Source of the DNA: Eledone cirrhosa
Lineage: Eukaryota
Direction: 5' to 3'
DNA: 64,000 bases
Assembly: GCA_964016885.1 (NCBI GenBank)
Contig: OZ024752.1
Coordinates: 24,862,001-24,926,000, forward strand
Within the stretch, counting starts at the first letter, position 1. Each line of letters starts with the position of its first letter. The notes under the pieces were generated by a model. The model did no database searches. It saw nothing but the letters and a program-made list of their open reading frames with translations, and was not told where the DNA came from. The position numbers and the translations under genes are program-made. Positions 56,056 through 64,000 of the stretch are shown piece by piece.

Positions 56056-56220
56056 TAAAATAACAGATTAAAATTTAAGCAAAGAATCGCTCTTTCACCC
56101 TTAACGGGATCTTCTGAAACTAACAAAGTCAATCTTGACTTTGTTAGTTTCAGAAGATCCCGTTAAGGGTGAAAGCAGCGATTCTTTGCTTAAACTTTAA
56201 TCTGTTATTTTAATAAATAT
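56048..56220. repeat. Near-perfect hairpin, ~85-bp arms, 2-nt loop, plus a ~90-bp unpaired tail to 56310
   Basis: ...gggatcttctgaaactaacaaagtcaa TC ttgactttgttagtttcagaagatccc...; inserted in a (TA)n tract of the PLE repeat. Confidence 0.93.
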
Positions 56221-56303
56221 TTGCTCTGCGGTTCTTATATTTTTGATATATATTTATCCTTATCGAGCCCTCTTTGGATTTTAGTCTTCAAATTTATTAT
56301 TAT

Positions 56304-56350
<47 letters not shown>

Positions 56351-56444
56351 AATACATATAAATACATACACACACATGTATGTGTGTAAAACACATTCTT
56401 AGATGTATTCAATGAACCTTGTTTAACTCTTAAATATATATATA

Positions 56445-57442
56445 TCCGCCAATGCATGACTGTCCATAGATACCAAATTAAAATACGGGAATACAGGAAA
56501 GTACCACTGAGTGAGCACATTGATACCTGTGCCGCCCAAAATCATCCCAACTTTAGAATCTTTCCCCTCTACAAATTTAAAGATAATGCCACCCACACCC
56601 AGCGCATCAGCAAGGAATCTCACTTTATTAACAAATACGGACCCCGTTTAAACACATCCCCCTAAGACGAACACACAACATACACACGTCAACATACATA
56701 CCTACATCAGCATACATCCTACATACATTTCTATCCACATATAAACACAATTACATACGTAAACACACATGTTCTATGGTGCAACACAAATATACACAAA
56801 TTTGCATACCTTTTGATGTTTATAGATATAAACGTGCCGACACACAAACATACATATACGCACACATGCATTGCACACTGATGGGCACATACATATTTGT
56901 ACACAAGTATTCCCATACGGCAGGGCCTAATGGATTCCCCTTGCAGTACGTACAATCTGGACACTCACACACACCTTGGTGTTATGACAATACTATACAT
57001 CATTTCACCCCTTTTATTATTAATGTTTTTGATGTTCTTTTGAGAGAATCGTTTTTTCAAATTACTGAAAATATCGAATAATGTACACCATTTTTACCAA
57101 TATCACAAAAATACTGGTCCATCCACACACACACACACACACACACACGCGCGCGCGCGTACACTAACATACAAACAGACATACACACACACACGTCTCC
57201 GTATAAGACAAGAGCTGAAAAATATCTTTCAACATGTTAAAATATCCCACATACATGTTCCTACTGACCGAATTTATTCCCTCTACCACGAACCACTCTG
57301 CTACACACACACACACAGACACACACACACACACACACACACATATTTGTCTCAATAGACACCTGAACTGTTGACCTTTCAACATGACTGCAATTCACAC
57401 AGACATCCCTACTGACAATTATCACAACAATGAACCTCTTTA

Positions 57443-57524
<82 letters not shown>

Positions 57525-57985
57525 TTGTCTTAAACTTATTTTTCAGTGACTTCTCAATCAGGCGACAAAGGACACTCTTCGACAAACCTACATTTGTCGC
57601 AAAATCAATTTTTAACATTCACGTGACCTCTACCGAGCAGTCAAAATTGTTTTGACTACAAGAATTTTTGCAACACGAATTGGCGCGAAATTTATAGCAC
57701 TCATTCACGTGACATTCAACAACCAACCAAATCTTAATACCTCTGGAGCCACTTTTTTCACATAAAACAGGTAGAATTTCCAAAACTGATCAGATTAGAG
57801 CAAACATCACGTACGCTCTATCTCAAAATTATTTTATTTTTGAAAACCATTAAAAATGCGCAACCGGTAAAAACTTAAACTAAAACTGAATACTAACCAA
57901 TACTTATTACTAATTTATATTTATTCCTAATTTAACTATTTTTCACTGAGAAAAATTTGTCAGCATTTTCTTTTCCTTTTACTAA
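56445..57985 (+). mobile_element. 3' fragment of a different PLE (GIY-YIG C-terminus plus CA-rich 3' region) nested in the Naiad pLTR
   Basis: RQCMTVHRYQI...PLSEHID.C...FRIFPLY...RISKESHFINKYGPRLN carries the GIY-YIG R..H, E and P.LN motifs. The segment is absent from the other pLTR copy; its right boundary is approximate. Confidence 0.65.
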
Positions 57986-58233
57986 TATATATATATATAT
58001 AAGAAAATACATATAAAAATAAAAAGGTGAAAGGGGTAAACAAATAGTCAGGAATACGAGAAATAAAAAAAAAAAAAAATAGATAAGGGTATAAATGTTT
58101 ATAGCTGATTTAGAGCACTCAACAATTCCTGGAGCAAATAATCAATGAAAATAAGCATTAAATCCCTCTGTATGTAATTATGCATATACATACATATATA
58201 TATATACACACACACACATATATATATACATAC

Positions 58234-58322
<89 letters not shown>

Positions 58323-58609
58323 GGAAAAAGTATGACCCCGACGGCAGAGCTCAAGCCGTTTCTGAGACTATTACATATATACACACATAAACATATATAT
58401 ATAAAAATACACATATACACACAGACACACATATCTACAAAAAGTTACGTCACCACCTTAATAAAAATACAAAGGTTGTTTTATAAATAGTGACATACCC
58501 AGGAATGATACCTTAACAGTTCAAGTTTCTCCTGGATAGTGAAAGGAAAGAGAGAAAAGGGAAGAAAGGAAAAACAAATATTTCAAATTATTTTGATGAA
58601 TATGCAAAT

Positions 58610-60320
<1,711 letters not shown>

Positions 60321-61062
60321 GATATTTTCTTCAACAGAATATAGAAATATTTTTCTTGTAATATTTCTTATATTATATTCCTAAAAATATTTCTTCTTCT
60401 ATATTTCCCTCAACAGTGATTTCAGTTAATATCTGAAGATAATACAAACTTTTGTTTCACCCAAGTTTAGTTAAAATACAAAATAATCTCACAGTGAAGA
60501 AAATAAACTCAGTTCTGAGGAAATATTTCACAGTAACTGAACTTTAGATTTATATAAACTGTGTAATATAAGTTCTGTTTAAAATGTTTTAGTCTTAAAA
60601 TTATGATAAATATAGTTGATGTATCCAAGATTGGAAATAATAATTTATGCCAATGTCATCTGGTATTCTGAAATGAAAAAGAAACAGTATGAGATAATAC
60701 AGAATACTTTAGAAGCAGAGATAGATTTAACAGTGGAAATTTTATATTTCTATATTGATAAACTGTAGATATAAACTTTCCTGTCCAGAGCAATTATCTC
60801 CAATGTAAGCAGTGGTATTCAAGCAAGCTCTGTAAATTATATCCTTCTATCTCTTGGGAGGTCTGCTCTATGACAGTTTAGAGAAAAATTCATTCTGATA
60901 ACATTTTCTAATATAGCTATCATCTCCTCTCCTGGTGACATGTCAACACCGGTTTAACATATACACATATATATATACATATATATATATACATATATAT
61001 ATATACATATATATATATACATATATATATATACATATATAGATACACATATATATACATAT

Positions 61063-61143
<81 letters not shown>

Positions 61144-61177
61144 TATATATTTATACATATATATATGTATATATATG

Positions 61178-63816
61178 CAACTTTTACAAACAACCGCAAT
61201 AACAGAGGACGGAGACATCGTTATGCTAGCAGGTTATGTTGGACAGCTCCAGGATGGTTACACTGGGGTACATGGTGGGCACGGTTATGGCTCAAGAAAT
61301 GAAGAACGACTGAGACTTCTTGAATTTTGTGATGCAAGTACACTGATTATTTGCAACAATAACTTCCAGAAACCTGACAACCACCTAATAACCTACAAAC
61401 AGACGAGCACATAAGCCAGATTGACTTCTTACTAGTTAGGCAGCGGGACAGGTAGATGGTGTCATATACCAAGTCAAACCCTGGGGAAGAATGTACCCCA
61501 CAGCATAGGTTAGTCGTTAGTGTTATCTCAGTAAGCAAGAGATGGAATGAGACATACAGGAAGTTGTGTAAAAGAAAGGTCTCGAAGCTAAAAGACCTTT
61601 CACTAAAATACAAATTTAGGAAAGCCCTTCAAGATGTGTATGCCGAAAAAGAAGACGATTTAGAGACGTATGATATAGATAATAAATGGAATCTCTTACG
61701 TGACAACTTACTGCAGGCTACTGATGAAGCTTGTGGCTGGAGCAGAGCTCCAACCAGACAGAGAGTGACCTGGTGGTGGAACAGCAGAGTAGATAAGGCC
61801 ATTAGAGACAAAAGACTAGCATGGAAGGCTTGGGAAAAGGGTGGGTGTAGAGAAGGATATACAGCCGCTAAGAGAGAAGCTAGACTTCAGGTGTACTTAG
61901 CATGCAGGGAGGCTGAGAGTAGAGGGTTTGCCAATGTTCTGCGACGGGAAGATCAGAGGCATGCGGTGTTCCACATTGCAAGGCAGTGTGTCAATGCAAA
62001 TCAGGATGTTGTTGTAGATAAACGTGTCTGGAATGATACCAGTGTACTTAGTGTCACGAATGATCAGAAAAAGAAGGCCTGGAAATGTCATTATGAGAGA
62101 CTGATGAATGTGGACCACGAATGGGTGAGAGAGAAATTACCCTCAGTAGATCCTAAACAGGGACCAGCTATTGAGATTGACGAATATAGGGTCCAAGAGG
62201 CGACTAAGGAAATGAAAAATGGTAAGGCTGCTGGACCGTTGGGGATAGTTGCTGAGATGATGAAGGCATCGGGGGACGTAGGCACTAAACTGGTTGCACG
62301 CATCATCAATCAGGCTATATGTGGTGGTGTCATATCCAAAGACTGGTGCAGCAGTATTCACATAAATTGCTACAAAGGGATGCTCTGGAGAGGAGCTATT
62401 ATAGGGGTATAAAACTGATGGATCAGCTTGCAAGGGTGGGACGGGTCTTATTCAGCACAGCATCTCTCCACTTGTCACGGTCCTTCGTCATCTCTACCCT
62501 GAGCATCAACAATCTGAAGTCTGTTCTCACCAACTCTGCCCATGTTTTACCTCTAATACGTCTTCCTTCAACTGGCATTTCCTGGCACTTCTTCACCCAT
62601 CGGTCATCCTCCATGCGCATCACATGTCCATACCACCTCAGTCTCCTCTCTCGCACACTACATTCTATCCCTCTCAGACACAGTTTCTCTCTCAACACAT
62701 TCATGCTGGGTAGTTCACGCACATTGACATTGCACATCCAATGGAGCATGCTTGCCTCATTTCTCTCCAGCCGTCGCATATCCTCTGCAGTTGCTGCCCA
62801 TGTCTCATTACCATGCAGAATCGCGCTCCTCACACGGGAATCATATAACCGGCCTTTCGTATGCAGGGAGAAACCCTTCTTCAACAGTAGCTCCCTAAAT
62901 TTCTTCCAACCCGTCCTTATTCTAGATGCTATGGCCTCGTAACACCCCCCTCCCATGCTAATCCGATCTCCTAGGTACCGGAAGCTATCAACCACTTCTA
63001 TAGAACCTACCTGCATTTGAAAAATGTGTCTATCACTGCTAGTTCTACTGTCTAATCTCCCTGTACATCTACTGCATACGTATTTCTCCCTACTTGTTAT
63101 TTTGCCTGCTATCCCACTACATCTCTTGTCTACCCAGGAACTGCATTGTATGCATTTTATAGAATTTATGCCAGCTCCTTTTCTGCATAGCGAACATGGC
63201 TATATCCCTGACGGAATCAGAGTTTTGTCCTCTTTTCTACTCATCAACACTTTTGTCTTAGCTAGGTTCACTCTCAGTCCTCTTGCTTCCAACTGCTATT
63301 TCCATAGCCAGAATTTATTCTCTAGCTCCTCTACCGATTCTTCTATAAGAACCAGATCGTCAGCATAGAGAAGTTCCCATGGACAGCCAGTCTTAAACTC
63401 CTCTGTTATGGCTTGGAGGACTACAATGAACAAGAGCGGGCTGAGGACCGAACCTTGATGTACTCCTACTTGTACCTGGAATTCCTCATTAAACTCCATT
63501 CCTAGCCTCACTTTACTGACAGCACCTCTGTACAAAGTTTGCACTGTCCTCACAAGCCATTCCTCAACACCTAGTTTCCTTAGGGACCACCAGATGACAG
63601 ATCGGGGTACCCTATCAAAGGCCTTCTCTAGGTCAACAAACTCTAAGTATAGTGGCTTATTCATCTCTAAGAACCTCTCTTGTAATTGTCTCACCAAGAA
63701 GAGGGCATCTGTTGTACTTTTCCCAGGCACAAAACCAAACTGCATCTCATCTAGTTTAACCCTTTCTCTAATTAGTTGTGCTAATATCATTTCTGCCACT
63801 TTCATAACCTGATCCA
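61178..63816. mobile_element. RTE LINE family 1 with its 3' half inverted
   Basis: 61178-62425 is on + (EN to GIKLMDQ) and 62426-63816 is on - (DQVMKV to TRPTLAS). tggatcag is present at both breakpoints; no (gat)n tail. Confidence 0.9.
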
Positions 63817-63817
63817 C

Positions 63818-63852
<35 letters not shown>

Positions 63853-64000
63853 CAAATATATATATATACATATACATATATATATATACATATACATTTA
63901 TATATATACATATATATATATATATACATATACATTTATATATATACATATATATGTATACACATATATATATATATTTTCGTCAAACCATTCATTCTAG

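Larger units (their letters stand above)
50830..58470 (-). mobile_element. Naiad-type Penelope-like retroelement, pLTR-ORF-pLTR arrangement
   Basis: Direct repeats 50830-52545 and 55183-58470 (the latter with insertions at ~56050-56310 and ~56445-57985) flank an RT + GIY-YIG ORF; each repeat carries a hammerhead. Confidence 0.88.

Overview
Eukaryotic, AT-rich, microsatellite-laden DNA. It is most likely a coleoid cephalopod (octopus-like); this is an inference from the HTG[DE][13 protein letters not shown] finger style, the (GAT)n-tailed RTE LINEs and the tRNA-derived SINEs. The window is a tandem cluster of minus-strand poly-C2H2 zinc-finger genes or pseudogenes: three paralogous arrays at about 14.4-16.7 kb, 39.8-44.1 kb and 58.6-60.3 kb, plus a decayed one at about 0.7-1.25 kb. 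They sit among nested transposons: at least three RTE LINE families, a full-length but disrupted Naiad-type Penelope-like element (PLE), several PLE fragments, an internally deleted mariner, MITEs, SINEs and minisatellites. No ZF copy or TE ORF is fully intact as written. Main non-annotated signals: (i) seven hammerhead-ribozyme-like motifs, namely a pair bracketing the Naiad ORF, one after a GIY-YIG remnant, and four minimal motifs on the ZF sense strand between successive ZF units; (ii) short (TA)n-flanked fold-back hairpins in several decay states; (iii) a repeated cassette of donor exon, intron and ZF exon, with a conserved IKCE (SUMO-consensus) N-terminal peptide; (iv) a 61-bp minisatellite born from RTE coding sequence. 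All coordinates were read by eye and may be off by a few bases.
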